Shown piece after piece: positions 1 to 13,865 of a stretch of DNA of 64,000 nucleotides. The notes beneath the pieces were generated by a model that saw only the letters and a program-made list of their open reading frames with translations, was not told the origin of the DNA and made no database searches. Position numbers and translations under genes: made by a program. This stretch comes from the human T2T-CHM13v2.0 reference genome, Homo sapiens: assembly GCF_009914755.1 (NCBI RefSeq), contig NC_060929.1, one strand, 5' to 3'. Each line of letters starts with the position of its first letter. Within the stretch, counting starts at the first letter, position 1.

Positions 1-375
1 TCATATTGAAATATGCTCTTCAATGCTGGAGGTGGGGCCTAGTGGGAGGTGTTTTGATTATGGAGGCAGATCCCTCATGAATGGCTTGGGGCAATCCTAG
101 CCGTAATGAGTGAATTCTCACTCTATGAGTTCATGTGAGATTTGGTTGTTTAGAAGAGTCTGAGACTTCTCCCTTCTCTCTTTTGCTTCCTCTCTCTGTC
201 CATGTGATGCCTGCCCCAGCTTTGCCTTACACTATGAGTAAAAGTTTCCTAAGGCCTTCACCAGATGCCAGCACCATGCTTCCCATATAGTCTGCAGAAC
301 AATGAACCAATTAAATCTCTTTTCTTTATAAATTACCCAGCCTCAGAAATAGCAATGCAAAAATGGGCTAACACA
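1..375 (+). mobile_element. MaLR LTR, MST family (MSTB-like), 5' end outside window
   Basis: Typical MST motifs ggaggtggggcctagtgggaggtg, ccatgtgatgcc, cttttctttataaattacccagcctcag; ends gggctaacaca. Confidence 0.8.
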
Positions 376-499
376 GGAACTTAAAAAATATGAATATCCC
401 CTCCCCTCTTCCTTCCTTCCCTCTCCCTCTTTCTCTCACTCTACTTTTCTCCTATGCTCTAGTCCACAAGTCATTATGAAAAGCAGCCTTAGAGGGTCT

Positions 500-1640
500 G
501 GAGACTATAAGAGATTGAACAAAAGAGTAAACATACTGATGATACCAGAAGCTGGCTTTCTCACTGTGAGAGAATAAAATTACAAATATGAAATGGAAGA
601 ATAAACACTGTCATATTCAATTGGAATTATATGGGTGTGAACTCATGGTTTTATATATCTATGTGTATATATATATATCCAGAGATAAATTAAATACAAA
701 AGTATTGTGTGTAAGAGTATATGTGTGTCTATATTTGTCTATATTTCCAATTCTAGTAACTTGCTAAAACATAAATAAGGAAGTGTTCAGATAATGACTG
801 TGCCATGTCAAAAGGACAGATGGCAGCTTGAAAGGACTCCCACTGCAATATCTAGAACAATATGGGTTATTAATATAAAAATACTGATAGTAATGGGTAC
901 TATTGGAATACATCCTATTAAATAAAAGAGAAATATATAAACAGAAATCTAGGAATCCACAGTGAGCACATTAATGTGGAGAAGAGAAATCTCTTATTTA
1001 CAGTAGAATACCAAACATTAAATGTAGAAGGAATAGTGGAATGGGAAAATTATATTTTCAATTATGGTAGTAATAATTCAGTCAACAAAGAACATCAATG
1101 TATGTTAATGGAAAAAAACATTTTTACAGAATCTCAAAAATGTCCTCTCAAAATACTTACAAATACAATGGGGGAAAGAATTACTTTAGAGTAGAATAAC
1201 TTAAGCAGACTATGATCAAGACCTCAATCAAGTGATCAAAGTTAATGTCATCAGGATGATTGTGTGCCACCTGAAGGAATGTAGTGAGAAGTGGTAGTCT
1301 CATTCGGTGCCATTTCTGCCAAAATAGCTCAAATCTAGTTATAAGAAAATAGACAAATCCAACTTGAAGAACATTCTACAAAACAACTGGCATATATTCA
1401 AAAATATTAAAGTTAGTAAGGTCAAGGAAGAACTGTGGAACTCTTCCAGATTTAAGGAAACTGAAGAGATATAAGAACAAATTGCCACATGACACCCTGG
1501 ATTGGATTATTTTGCCAAAAATGGCATTTTGGGACAGTTGAAAAAATGGTATCTCTGGATGAAGGGTATATGAAATTTATTTGTATGTTTCTTGCAATTT
1601 TACTTTGTAAGTTTCAAATTATTTCAAAATAAAAACTATC
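500..1640 (+). mobile_element. Old L1 (L1MC/L1MD-type) 3' UTR fragment
   Basis: Motifs tttacagtagaata..aaatgtagaaggaat, aatcaagtgatcaaagttaatgtcatcag and terminal gtaagtttcaaattatttcaaaataaaa. Confidence 0.65.
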
Positions 1641-1679
1641 AAACAAATAGATGTCTATCACACAATATTAAATATTAAA

Positions 1680-1758
1680 TCAGGATCTCTGAGTATGTTT
1701 ACTTTTTTAAAAGATCCTCAAATGACTCTAATGTGCAGCCAGGGTTGAGTACTACTGG
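1680..1758. mobile_element. MER5-type hAT MITE fragment
   Basis: atgactctaatgtgcagccagggttgagtactactg resembles the MER5A/B terminus. Confidence 0.55.
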
Positions 1759-2162
1759 GCAAAGATGCATCTGTGCAACAGTGTTCATTAAGATCATATT
1801 CTGTAGTAGGGAGAATTATAATTATGGGTCTGTCTCATTTCATTTAGCATGAATTATGACAATAGAATTATGTCTAGCATTTAACCGGTGAGTGAATGCA
1901 AATGCTCTATTCTTTAAGAGTTGTTTGTATAGAGCCATTATAACCAGTTTTGTTGGCTATACATCACACACTCACTTGCAATATTCCACATGGTATATTT
2001 ATTTTTTAAATGAAAATTAACAGAAATGTGCTTTAGTCTGAAATTTAGTAATCTCCAATGAGATAACTAGAGACAACTGGTTTTCTAAAACTACATTTGT
2101 CATTGTTTTATATTGATACTTACTGTTTTATATTTATGTATTTTTTGAGACTATATGTATTT

Positions 2163-2703
2163 TTAAAAATATATTTGAACATTAATGGTGTTCTGTTCTA
2201 TCAGTGTATCAGTTGTTACATATGAAATTGCATTATTCTTCTGTATGTGGAATATCTCAAAACGGAGAAGAGTGTGTGCTGGTCCTTGTTGCACCTCTCT
2301 CTCCTCTTTGTCTTGACTTAAATCTGTGTAGTTGGGAACATCATCTTCTTGTTTCTGGCTGCAGCTGAAGGATGCAGCAAGTTTTCAGATTCTGCAGATA
2401 GTCCAAGATATAAGACCTTCAGATGTGGATACCTTTTTTTGTGGTCGAGATATAACAAATGAGAAAAATTTTAATGGTGTTGTCAAGGTTTGCCTCAAGC
2501 AAAATTGTGAAGTATGCCAGAATTGTCACTGACGCCTACCATTTCTTGCAGTGCCCCATCTATCTTCACCACCTCTGTCTGCTATGTGTCTCTTGGGTGC
2601 ACGGTCCACACACTCTCAGTTGTCATAAAACTTTTACTAAGTTGTTATTAGATAAAGTGTTACGTAGTAAAAACTTTGATATTGATCCCTTTCAGGGGTA
2701 TTT
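2163..2703 (-). pseudogene. Candidate terminal exon of decayed minus-strand gene
   Basis: Acceptor ccatttttaag|; one frame has 5 internal stops over about 180 codons and ends in 73 open codons KLAASF...QKQEDDVPNYTDLSQDKEEREVQQG...QIYF*; not a repeat I recognise. Confidence 0.35.
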
Positions 2704-2763
2704 CTTAAAAATGGCATTGGTTCAAGCTAATTTATTATTGGTAGAAAAAGAATAATTCAAAAA

Positions 2764-3007
2764 TGATAATAGCTATTATTTATGAGCCCATTTATCTGCC
2801 AAGCATTTTGCTGTATACTGTCTGTTCATTGTCTCCTTTAACTCTCACAAGTACCCTATGAGAGGCTGTATATACACATTTTATGGATGAGAACCTGAAG
2901 TTTAGAGTACTAAAATTATTTGCAAAAGATCACAAAGCTAGTAAGTGACAGATCTCTGACTTAAACTCAGATGTGTCTGACTCCAAAATCTATGTGCTTA
3001 ACCATTA
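2764..3007 (-). mobile_element. MIR SINE
   Basis: Core cattttatggatgagaacctgaag..gatcacaaagctagtaagtgacaga..tctgactccaaa. Confidence 0.8.
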
Positions 3008-3213
3008 GACTCGGTTGACTCTCATGTTTTGGATTGGGAGATGCCTAAATTATCTATGCCTGATTTTACAGAAATGTGTCAAGTATAAGCCTTAAAAAAA
3101 AGAGAAAAAAAAAAAACTACCTCATTACCCCATCCCTTTTCTCCAGCAGACTGCTCCATACCATTTTCAGATCATATGGCTCACAAGAGTAGTTATCCAA
3201 TTGTTCCTCTTAC

Positions 3214-3285
3214 CATACTTTCACTCAAGTGGCAGTCTCACACTGAAACAGATCCTCAACTTGTATAGTGAGTATTTAAATAAAG
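3214..3285 (-). pseudogene. Candidate exon of decayed gene (72 nt)
   Basis: cccctctcaacag| ... TG|GTAAGA; phase 2-2 reading FI*ILTIQVEDLFQCETAT*VKV. Confidence 0.45.
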
Positions 3286-3944
3286 CTGTTGAGAGGGGTG
3301 GGTGATACTCTGACAATTTGCCAAACCCTCACTTAGGTTTATGTAGTAGTTCAAAGAGAAAATTCAGTAAAGCATATCCTCTTAAGGAGTTTCTGAATTC
3401 ATTTGTAAAACTGTCAAACCCATCAAGGTGCAGGTCTCAAATACAGAAATATATCCTCTTAGCCTTCTCTTCAAGATACATATTTAGTTCAGCATTTTCT
3501 ATGGTTTAAATAAGGCTATATGATCCAAAGCAATTAAATTGCAATGAAGGAAAACAGAATAATTAAGAGCCTCTGATATATGCAGTATATTTTAAGATAA
3601 TTGTAGTTAATTACTTTCTTGGTGAAGTTAAGCCATTTCAGTTCAAGCCCATTTAACTGAAGCAGTCAAGTAATCAAGAGAAACCATGAAACATCTTTGT
3701 TTTTGTAGTATTATTTAAATACATTTATGACACATCATAGTCATTTTTATATTTATATATACATTGTACTTTTTCAGCTAATAATTTCCAAATTATTCAA
3801 AAATTATATCTTGTTTTCCCCAATGCTGTTACTGAAGAAATATATGAATTAATTATGCAAGTATGATAAAGCATAAGTGATAAACACAATTATTTTGTTA
3901 TATTACTAAAAACAGTAATATCTTCCCAAATCACCATGCTAATA

Positions 3945-4170
3945 AAAATAATAACTATCTTTCATGTAGCACAGACTCTGTGCCATATACTGTGTTGAAC
4001 AATGCTCATACATTACTTTAATACATTTAATTCTTACAATTTGGGGGTACAGTTGGGGTGTCATGATTATTATTTATTCAGTGAAACAATTAAAGATCTT
4101 TAGACTTAAGCAACTTTCCCAGTAACCATATAGCTAGAAATGAGCATATATAGATTTTAAACCCAAGGCT
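3945..4170 (-). mobile_element. MIR SINE (diverged)
   Basis: ttaagcaactttcccagtaaccatatagctagaaatgagc..ttttaaacccaagg. Confidence 0.6.
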
Positions 4171-4589
4171 AACTTCAAAATTCGTTTTCATAACAATTAA
4201 GTTATATAACTAAGGTTAAATAAAAACTCTAGTACTGATGTTTCCATTAATAGAGTCATTCTAGTTTTGGCATTCTTGTGCATACATAATGCTGTCATGA
4301 AACCATATTGCCTTGGAGCTAAAGTGCCATTTTATGCCAAATATTTATTTGATAGGGAAAATGAGAACCACAAAGGATAAATGATATTCCTAATGTTAAC
4401 CTAGCAACATTCCAAGAAACAAAATATCTACCAAACATTAGATAAAAGATTAAATAATGTTCACTACAGCTTACTATTAAGCCTATTTATTTACTCTTTT
4501 AATTTAAAAAGGACAGAATTGTCAAAGATGATGGTTGGTTGATAGCTTAGGCATGACCACTCAGGAAGACAATACATGAGCTTTAGCCT

Positions 4590-4736
4590 ATTGCTTAAAC
4601 TCTAGATCTCTGTTTTCTCATGTGTAAAATATAAGTAATATAACATCTAACTGCTTTGTTTTTGTGATTACTAAAAGGAAATACGTTTTAAGTGCCTGGC
4701 ATACAGTAGTACCCAATAGGCAATAGCTATATTATT
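4590..4736 (+). mobile_element. MIR SINE 3' half
   Basis: tctctgttttctcatgtgtaaaat..agtgcctggcatacagtagtacccaatagg. Confidence 0.6.
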
Positions 4737-4865
4737 GTACTACTTTATTAGACTCTTCATACATTAATGTCAGGGCCTCAGCTTTGCTGATACAAGAAAC
4801 CCAATTTTAGTGGCCTCAGAAATGATCCAGTAGGTTACAAAAAATTTTAGCATGTGGCTTTTTCT

Positions 4866-5071
4866 TAGTGGTGGCATGCTGATAAATGTTTAACTACTGG
4901 ATTTTCTTGGGGGAAAAGAAAACTAATTTGTAGCAGTTGCTAATTTTTACGTGTAAATTACTTCTAACAATGTCAAATTCCAAGCTGTCAACATCAACTG
5001 ACTTGTAAAATTCTTCAAAATTTACCAATAGGCTCTCCCAAGCATGTATTCACCAGCTCCAGCACCCACTG
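4866..5071. mobile_element. MER63-like hAT-Blackjack MITE
   Basis: Imperfect terminal inverted repeats tagtggtggcatgctg ... ccagcacccactg around about 200 bp. Confidence 0.65.
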
Positions 5072-5092
5072 ATTATCTCACTTATTAAAAAG

Positions 5093-5134
<42 letters not shown>
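5093..5134. repeat. (TA)n(CA)n microsatellite
   Basis: Directly visible. Confidence 0.95.
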
Positions 5135-5137
<3 letters not shown>

Positions 5138-5514
5138 CTATAGAAATGGGGAAGCCAAATTATAATTACAAATTGATTTTGTAAGCACGGAATTATGAAA
5201 TCAAACTATGGTTTGGTGAAACTGAACTATGAAACCAAATCTTTGCCCTAAGGCAGCCTCTTTCTTATACGATGCTGGACAAATTTTGCCCTTGGGAAAT
5301 ACATCATTCTAGGCTACATACATACTATTGACTGCCCTGCACCTATACACAGTTCATGCTAGAGCAGAAAACCTCCCTGAAGAATACCACCCCTTATCTT
5401 GATTGAATTTGACCACTGTTCAGTTAATTTAAGCAGCATAGGTAAAAACAATCTCCGTGGATGTTCATTTCCACAGATGTCCCAGCTTATTCTCTTGTCT
5501 TAATCATTTCTTAC

Positions 5515-5675
5515 TGTACTCTTAGGCTGTGATCTTCTCCTAAGGTCTTAGGTACAATACTATATTGGTCACACTACCAGGATAATTTTAACTTTTGGAA
5601 GGTTAACAATAAATTTACATATGGCACAGCTGGGACAATGTCTATGTATTGCTGATATTTTCATTTGATATTTTC
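5515..5675 (-). pseudogene. Candidate exon, RasGEF CDC25 C-terminal-like (161 nt)
   Basis: cctttatcttttag| ... CA|GTAAGA; phase 0-2 reading ENIK*KYQQYIDIVPAVPYVNLLLTFQKLKLSW*CDQYSIVPKTLGEDHSLRV; PAVPYVNLLL resembles the CDC25 PxIPYLGxxL motif. Confidence 0.6.
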
Positions 5676-5959
5676 CTAAAAGATAAAGGAATAAAGTCAA
5701 TCAAGCAAAGAGGAAAAAAAAGGAGTGTGTCTCCAACTATTTGCTGGTGAACTTTTTCAAGTCATTCCGGCAGTTTATAATGAAAGCCCATGTCAATTAT
5801 TCTTAGTTTTTTGGTATGAAAAATTAATTTGTTAATTCAATTTTATTTTTATCCAAAAGTGAGTGATATAATTTTTTTATTGTACTAAGAAATTCACAGT
5901 AGTCTTAAGAATGCAAGGGTAATTCAATTCATGAAAATGATTAATTTAGTATATGACAT

Positions 5960-7930
5960 TACAGAGTAAAAGTAAAGAAAAAAAAGATGTAGAAAAAGCA
6001 TTGGTGAAATTCAATACCCTTTCATAATACAAAATACTTAATAAACTAGGAATAGAAGTGAACTTTCTAAACATAAGAAAGGCCATAAATGAAAAACCCA
6101 TAGAAAACATAATATTCAGTGGTGAGAGACTGAAAGCTTTTTCCCTTAGAGATTAGGATGCTTATGTTTGCCACTTCTAGTCAACGTAGTACTGGAAGTT
6201 CTAACCAAAACAATTAGTCAAGAAAAATAAGTAAAAAGCATCAAAAATAAAAAGATGTAATTCATTTGTGTTTTCAGATGGTATGATCTTTTATGTAGCA
6301 AACCTTAAAGCATGCACACACACATACAAAACGGTTAGAGTTAAGACATAAATTTAGCAAAGTTGCAGGCTACAGAATTTACACACCAAAATCAGCTGTA
6401 TTTCTATATATTAGCAATGAACATTCCAGAAAAAAAATTAAGGCAAACAATTCATTGACAATAGCCTAATAAAATACTTGGAAATAAATTCAATCAAGAA
6501 GGTACAAAATGTGTACACCAAACAAAGAAACATTGCAAAACAAAATTAAAGAAGACACAAATAAATGGAAAGATATCCTATGTTCATGGATTGGAAGACT
6601 TAATATTGTCAAGGCAGCAATAGTACCCAAAGAAATCTACATAGTCAAAATAATTCTTTTCAAAATCCCAATGATATTTTTCGAGAAATAAAAATCCCAT
6701 TCTAAGATTCATACATAATTTCAAGGGACACAGAATAGTCAAAAACAAACTTGAAGAAACATAACAAAGTTGAAGAACTCTCACGCTTTCTGATTTCAAA
6801 ATGTACTACAACATTACAGTGATCAAAACAGTGTGATACTGGCATAAGGATAGATTGATAAACCAATGGGATAGAGTTAGGAATCCAGAAATAACTCTTC
6901 ACATTTATGGTCAATTGATTTTTGACAAGGTACTAAGATTAATAAATAGGAAAAGTATAGTCTCTTCAACAAATGGTGCTGAGAAAACTGTATATCTACA
7001 TACCAAAATGAACTTAGATCGTCACCTCACACCACATACAAAAATTAACTTAGAATGGATGAACGATCTAAATTTAATACCTTACACTATAAAACTCCTT
7101 AAAAAATCACAGAAGCAAATCTTCTTGACTTTGGTTTGGGAATTGTTTCTTAGATATGACACCAAAAGTACAAGCAACCAAAGAAAATATAATTAAATGA
7201 AATTCAATAAAATCTAAAAAATTTTTGCAACAAATGATACTATTGACAGTAAAAAGACAACCCACAGAATGGGAGCAAATATTTGTAACTCATATATGAT
7301 AAGAGTTTAGAATGAAGACTACATAAAGAACTACCACTCAACTAAAAAAAAGAGAATCCAATTAGAAAATGGGTAAATAACTTGAATAGATATTTCTCCA
7401 AAGAAGTTATATAAACGGTCAAAAAGCACATGAAAGAATGCCCAAATGCATTTGGGGAAATGCAAATCAAAACCACTATAAGGTACAACTTCACAGCTAC
7501 TATGATGACTATAATAAGGATAATAAGCACAATATAACAAGTGTTTGCAAGAAAGGGGAGAAATTGGAACCCTCATACATTGCTGGTGGAAATGTAAAAT
7601 AATGTAACTACTGAGAAACACAGTTTGATGGAACCTCACAAAGTTAAACAGAATTGTATATGACTGAGCAATTATACTTCTATGTGTATACAAAAAAGAA
7701 TTAAAAACAGAGACTAATAAAGATAGTTGTATACCACCTATCTTTAGGTAGTGTTTATAACAGCATTATTTATAGTAGCCCAAAGGTGGAAACAACCCAA
7801 ATGTCCATCAAAACATGAATGAATAAACAAAATGTGGTGTACACATACAATGAAACATTATCGAACCATAAAAAGGAATGAAGTTTTGACACATGCTACA
7901 ACATGGGTAAACCTTCAAAACATGCTAAAT
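5960..7930 (+). mobile_element. L1MB-type LINE, ORF2 RT/C-terminal part plus start of 3' UTR, cut off at 7930
   Basis: ORF fragments [23 protein letters not shown] and HIYGQLIFDK; 3' UTR motif aggaatgaagttttgacacatgctacaacatggg. Confidence 0.85.
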
Positions 7931-10900
7931 GCCCAATGTTACACCTGCTGTGCCACCACCACTGCCAGTGCATAGTACATGGGCACCAGCAACCCTGCCC
8001 CTGCTACATCACTGCTGCAGGTGCAACCATGTGCAGAGGCACTGGGGCAACCCCACCAACACCCTGTCCCTACTACCACTCCTACCCCAAATACTAGCGC
8101 AAATGCTAGCAATTGCACCTCTGCAGATGCTCCTTCCCAGACAATGCACATGCACCTTATCACACTGCTACAGCTGTTGGCATGCATGAGCAAGCATGGA
8201 TCCAACTGCCACTGCCTCAACAAAGCACTTTGGCTGGTACCCCTCCACCAGAGTATTGTGGCCAGCTGAATGGGGATACCTAAGACCATCCAGCACAGCA
8301 GGCTCCTAACCTCAAGGGGCCAGAAAACAAAGCCATGGGCCTGGTGTCAGCCCCCAAGCATCAGAGCATGTGGCCCAGGAGAGCTGAGTTAACTCTTGGC
8401 CCCCTAAAATCTTCCAGAAATGAAGTTAGTCAACAAAACCCACCTTATACTACAATCAAACCTCCAAGGACATCAAAGAAGATAAAAGCAAAAAACCTAA
8501 TTCAAAGGACAGCAGCTTCAAAGACTGAAGGAACATCAGCCCACACAGATAAGAAAAAAACCAGTGCAAGAACTCTGACAACCCAAAAAGCCAGAGTGTC
8601 TTCTTACCTAAAAAATAAACATGTTAGTTCTCCACCAGTGGTTCTTAACCAGGCTGAAATGGCTGAAATAACAGACATAGACTTCAGAATATGGATAGGA
8701 ACAAAGATCATTGACATTAAGGAGAATGTTGAAACCCAATCCAGGGAATCTAGGGAATACAAGATGATACAGGAGCTGAAAGACAAAATGGCCATTTTAA
8801 GAAAGAAGCAAGCTGATCTGATGGAGATGAAAAACTCACTTCAGTAATTTCATAATACAATTGCAATATTAACAGAAGAAGGGACCAACCTGAGGAAAGA
8901 ATCTGAGGGTTGGAAGACTGCTGTCCAAATTAACCCAGTAAGATGAAAATCTTTTTAAAAAATAAATGAAGAAGAATAAACAAAACCTCCAAGAAATAGG
9001 GGATTGTGTAAAGAGACCAGATCTATGACTCATTGCCATCCCTGAAAGACAGGGAGAGAAAACAACTTAGAAAACATGCTTGAGGATATCATCCACAAGC
9101 TTTTCCCCAACTTTGCTAGGGAGGTTGACATTCAAATTTAGCAAACTCAGAGAACCCTTGTATTATACTATACAAGATGGCAATCCTCAAAACACATAGT
9201 CATCAGATTCTCCAAGGTCAACATGAAAGAAAAAATGTTAAAGTCAGCTAAAGAGAAGGGGAAGGTCACCTAAAAAGGGAACCCCATCAGGTTAACAGCA
9301 GAACTTTCATCAGAAATCGTATAAGCCAGAAGACATTGGGGACCTATATTTAGCACCATTAAAGAAAAGATATTTCAAATAAGTTTCATATCCAGCCAAA
9401 GATTCGTAAGTGAAGGACAAATAAGATCGTTTTCAGTAAAGCAGATGCTAACGGAATTCATTACTATCAGGCCTGCCTTACAAGACATCCTGAACGGGGT
9501 GGTAAATATGGAAAGGAAAGACCATTACAAGTCACCACAAAAACACCTATGATGCATTCAAGTCTGCATCATAGCCAGCTAACAACAGAATGACAGGATC
9601 AAATCTGCACATATCAATATTAACCTTGAAGGTAACAAAAACAGGTGAAATGCCCCAGTTGAAAGGCTCAGAGTGTTAAGTTGGATAAAAAAGCAAGACC
9701 CAACTGTATGCCCAACTGTATGCAGTCTTCAAGAGACCCATCTCGCAAGCAATGACACCATATGCCTAAAGTCAAGGAATGGAGAAAAATCTACCAAGCA
9801 AACTGAAAACAGAAAAAGCAGAGGTTGCAAATCCAATTTGAGACAAAACAGACTTTAAACCAACAATAATAAAAAAATGCCTAAGAATCCTAAATATATA
9901 TGCACCCAACACAGGAGCACTCAGATTCATAAAGCATGTTCTTAGAGGCCTTTGAAAAGAATTGGATAACCACACAATATTGTGGGAGACTCCAACACCC
10001 CACTGACAGTATTAGACAGATCATGGAGACAGAAAGCTAACGAACATATTTGGGACCTGAACTTGACACTTGACTCAATGAACCTAACAGATATCTACAT
10101 AACACTTTACCTCAAAACAGCAAAATACAGATCCATCTCATCTGCCCATGGCACACACTCTAAAATTGATGACACAATTGGCTATAAAACCATTCTCAGA
10201 AAATTTTAAAAAACATACAAACCACACTCTCAAAATATAGTGCAATAAATATGGAAATCAATACTAAAAAAAGAAAAGAAAGCACTCCAAACCTACAATT
10301 ACATGGAAATTATACAACCTGCTCCTGGATCACTTTTGGGTCAATGATGAAATTAAGGCAGAAATCAAGAAATTCTTTGAAACTAATGAAAACAAAGATA
10401 CTACATACCAAAATCTATGGGACACAGATAAAGTAGGTAAAGTGTTAAGAGGGAAGATTAAGAGCTGAATGCCCACATAAAAAACTTAGAAATATCTCAA
10501 ATTAATAACCTAGTACCACACATAGTCAAACTAGAGAGACAAGAGCAAACCAACCCTCAAGAGGGCAGAAGACAAAAACGAACCAAAATTATAGCTGAAC
10601 TAAAGGAAACTGAGACATGAAAAACTATCCAAAAGATCAACAAATCTGGGAATTTGTTCTTTGAAAGAATAAATAAAATTAATATACCACTAGCTAGACT
10701 AGTAAAGAAAAAAGAGAGAAGATCTAAATAAGCACAACCAGAAATGACATAGGGGACATTACCACCGACCTCACAGAAACACAAATATCCCTCAGATACT
10801 ATTACAAATACTTTTATGTACACAAACTAGAAAACCTAGAAGAAATGGATACATTCTTAGAAATTTATAATATTCCAAGATTGAACCAGGAAGAAATTGC

Positions 10901-13625
10901 AACCCTGAATGTACCAATAATGAATCCAAAACTGAATCAGTAATAAAAAGCCTACCAAAGAGAAAAAGCCCAGGATGAGTCAAATTCATAGCTGAATTCT
11001 ACCAGCTGTAAAAAGAAGAGCTGGTACCATTCCTACTGAAACTATTCCAAAAAACTGAGGAGGAGGGAAGCCTCCCTAACTGATTCTATGAGGTGAGCAT
11101 CATCCTGATACCAAAACCTGGCAAGGACACGACAATAAAAGAAAACTTCAGGCCAATATCCTTGATGAACATAGATTCAAAAATCCTCAACAAATACTAG
11201 CAAATCAAATCCATTAGCACATCAAAAAGCTAATTCATCACAATCAAGTAGGCTTTATTGCTAGTTATAAGATTGGTTCAACATATGCAAATCAATAAAT
11301 GTGATTCATAACATAAACAGAACTAAAAACAAAACCACATGATTATCTTAATAACACAGAAAAGGCTTTTGATATAATTTAACAGCCTTTCATGTTGAAA
11401 ACCCTCAACAAATTAGGCATTGAAGGAACATATGTCAAAATAATAAGAGCTGTCTATAACAAACCAACAGCCTCCATCATAATGAACAGGCAAAAGCTGA
11501 AAGCATTCCCCTTAAGAACCAGAACAAGACAAGGATGCCCTCTCTCACAACTCCTATTCAACATAGTACTGGAAGTCCTAGCCAGAGCAATCAGGCAAGA
11601 GAAAGAAAGACAATGTATCCAAATAGGAAGGGAAGAAGTCGAACTGTCTCTGATTGCAAACGATATGATTCTATACATAGAAAACCCTATAGTCTTGGTC
11701 CAAAAGCTCCTTCAGCTGATAAACAACTTCAGCAAAATTTCAGGATACAAAATCAATGTACAAAAATCACTAGCATTCTTTTAGACCAAAAACAGACAAG
11801 CTGAGAGCCATATCGAAAACTGAATCCCATTCAAAATTGCCACACAGACACACACACACACACAATATCTGGAACATGAAGGATCTCTACAATGAGAATT
11901 ACAAAACACTGCTGAAAGAAATCAGAGATATCACAAACAAATGAAAAAAATTCCAGGCACATGGATAGGAAGAATCAATATTGTTAAAATGACCATACTG
12001 CCCAAAGAAATTTACAGATTCAATACTATTCCTATGAAACTACCCACATCATTTTTATAGAAGTAGAAAAAACTATTCTACTATTTACATGGAACCAAAA
12101 AAGAGCTCAAATCACCAAGGCAATCCTAAACAAAAAGAACAAAGCAGGAGGCATCACACTACTCAACTTCAAACTACACTACACATTTCCAGTTACCAAA
12201 ATAACATGGTACTGGTACAAAAACAGACACATAGATCAATAGAACAGGATAGATAACCCAGAAATAATGTTACAAACCTACCATCATCTCATCTTTGACA
12301 AAGTCAACAAAAACAAGCAACAGGAAAAGGGACTCCCTATTCAATAAATGGTGTGGGGATAACTGGCTAGCCATATGCGGAAGATTGAAATTGGATCACT
12401 TCCTTACACTGTATACAAAAATTATCTCAAGAAGAATTAAAGATTTAAAAGTAAGACCAAAAACAACAAAAGCTCTAGAAGATAACCTAGGAAATACCAT
12501 TCTGGACATTAGTCTTGGCAAAAAAATTTATGACTAAGTCCCCAGTAGCAACTGCAACAAAAACAAATATGACAAGTGGGACCAAAATGAACTAAACAGC
12601 TTCTGCATAGCAAAAGAAATGATCATCAAAGGAAACAGACAGTCTACAGAATGGGAGAAAATATTTGCAAAGTATACATCTGAAAATGGTCTAATGTCCA
12701 TAATGGAATAGAAATTGAAACAATTCAAGAAGCAAAAATCAAATAACCCCATTAAAAATGGGCAAAGGACATGAATAAACACTTCTCAAAACAAGAATTA
12801 CAAGTGGCCAACAAATATATTTTAAAAATGCTCATCATCACTAATTATCAGAGGAATGCAAATCAAAAATACAATGAGATACTATCTCACACAAGTCAGA
12901 ATGATTAAAATGGCTATGATTTTGTCATACTGATTCCCTGTTATCACAGAGAGAAGGGTATGCCCAGAATAGCCCACTGATATGGCTGCAGAGAAAAGGA
13001 AATTGTTATATATTGCTGATTGGAATATAAATCAGTTCAACCACTGTGGAAAAGTGTTTGGCTATTTCTCAAAGAACTTAAAACACAATTACCTTTTGGC
13101 TTAGCAATCTCACCATTGGGTATAGGTAAAGAAATAGTTCTACTGAAAAGCCACATGCACTCATGTGTCCATCACAGGACTATTCATGATAGCAAAGACA
13201 TGGAATCAACCAAGATGCCCATCAATGGTGGACTGGATAAAGAAAATGTGATGCATATACACTGCGGAATACTATGCAGCCATAAAAAAGAATGAAATCA
13301 TATTTTTTTGCAGCCACGTGGATACAGCTGGAGGCCATTTTTTTAAGCGAACTAATGTAGGCACAGAAAACCAAATATCATGTTCTCATGTATAAGTGGG
13401 AGCTAAACATTGAATATACATGGACACAAAGAAGGGAACAATAGACACTGGGAACTGTTTGAGGGGGAAGGTTGGGGACGGGGTGTGAATTGGAAGGCTA
13501 CCTGTAGGGTACTATGCTCACTACATTGGTGATGGAATCATTCATACACCAAGCCTCAGTGACATGAAATTTACCCATGTAACTAACCTGCATATGTACC
13601 CCCTGAGGTTTAAATAGAAAAAAAG
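7931..13625 (+). mobile_element. Near-full-length degenerate L1PA16/17-like LINE-1 (5' UTR part, ORF1, ORF2, 3' UTR, short A tail)
   Basis: ORF1 remnant EMAEITDIDFRIWIGTKII; ORF2 start atgacaggatc at about 9590; [20 protein letters not shown]; 3' UTR gggtactatgctcactac..cctgcatatgtaccccctg; many stops and frameshifts. Confidence 0.9.
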
Positions 13626-13714
13626 AGGATATCTCTGGCTTTTTATTAAGAATTTTTGTTTTCCTTTTAAAAAATAATGCTTTTGGTAAGAATTTAAAAA
13701 AATCATTGGACAGA

Positions 13715-13865
13715 CTATGAAGAACAACTGAAGGCTTTCAAGGAGAGGAACTGAATAATCAGATTCATTTTAGAAGATTGTTCTGGGGTTACATTCTTTT
13801 GGAAGTGGAGAAGCTATTGAAATGAAGATCCACTGAAAGATGATTACGTTGTCCAGAAAAGAAAC
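13715..13865 (-). mobile_element. L2 LINE fragment
   Basis: actgaaggctttcaaggagagg..atcagattcattttagaagattgttctgg matches the common L2 3' region. Confidence 0.55.

Noticed and set aside
2332-2755. Plus-strand Cys-rich ORFs (CLKQNCEVCQNCH) as a zinc finger or transposase
   Set aside because: No recognisable family or terminal repeats; better explained as the antisense of the candidate terminal fossil exon.
7903-8847. Cluster of Pro/His/Cys-rich ORFs and a 170-aa ORF
   Set aside because: They lie in the C-rich L1 5' UTR and the start of ORF1, with no independent gene features.
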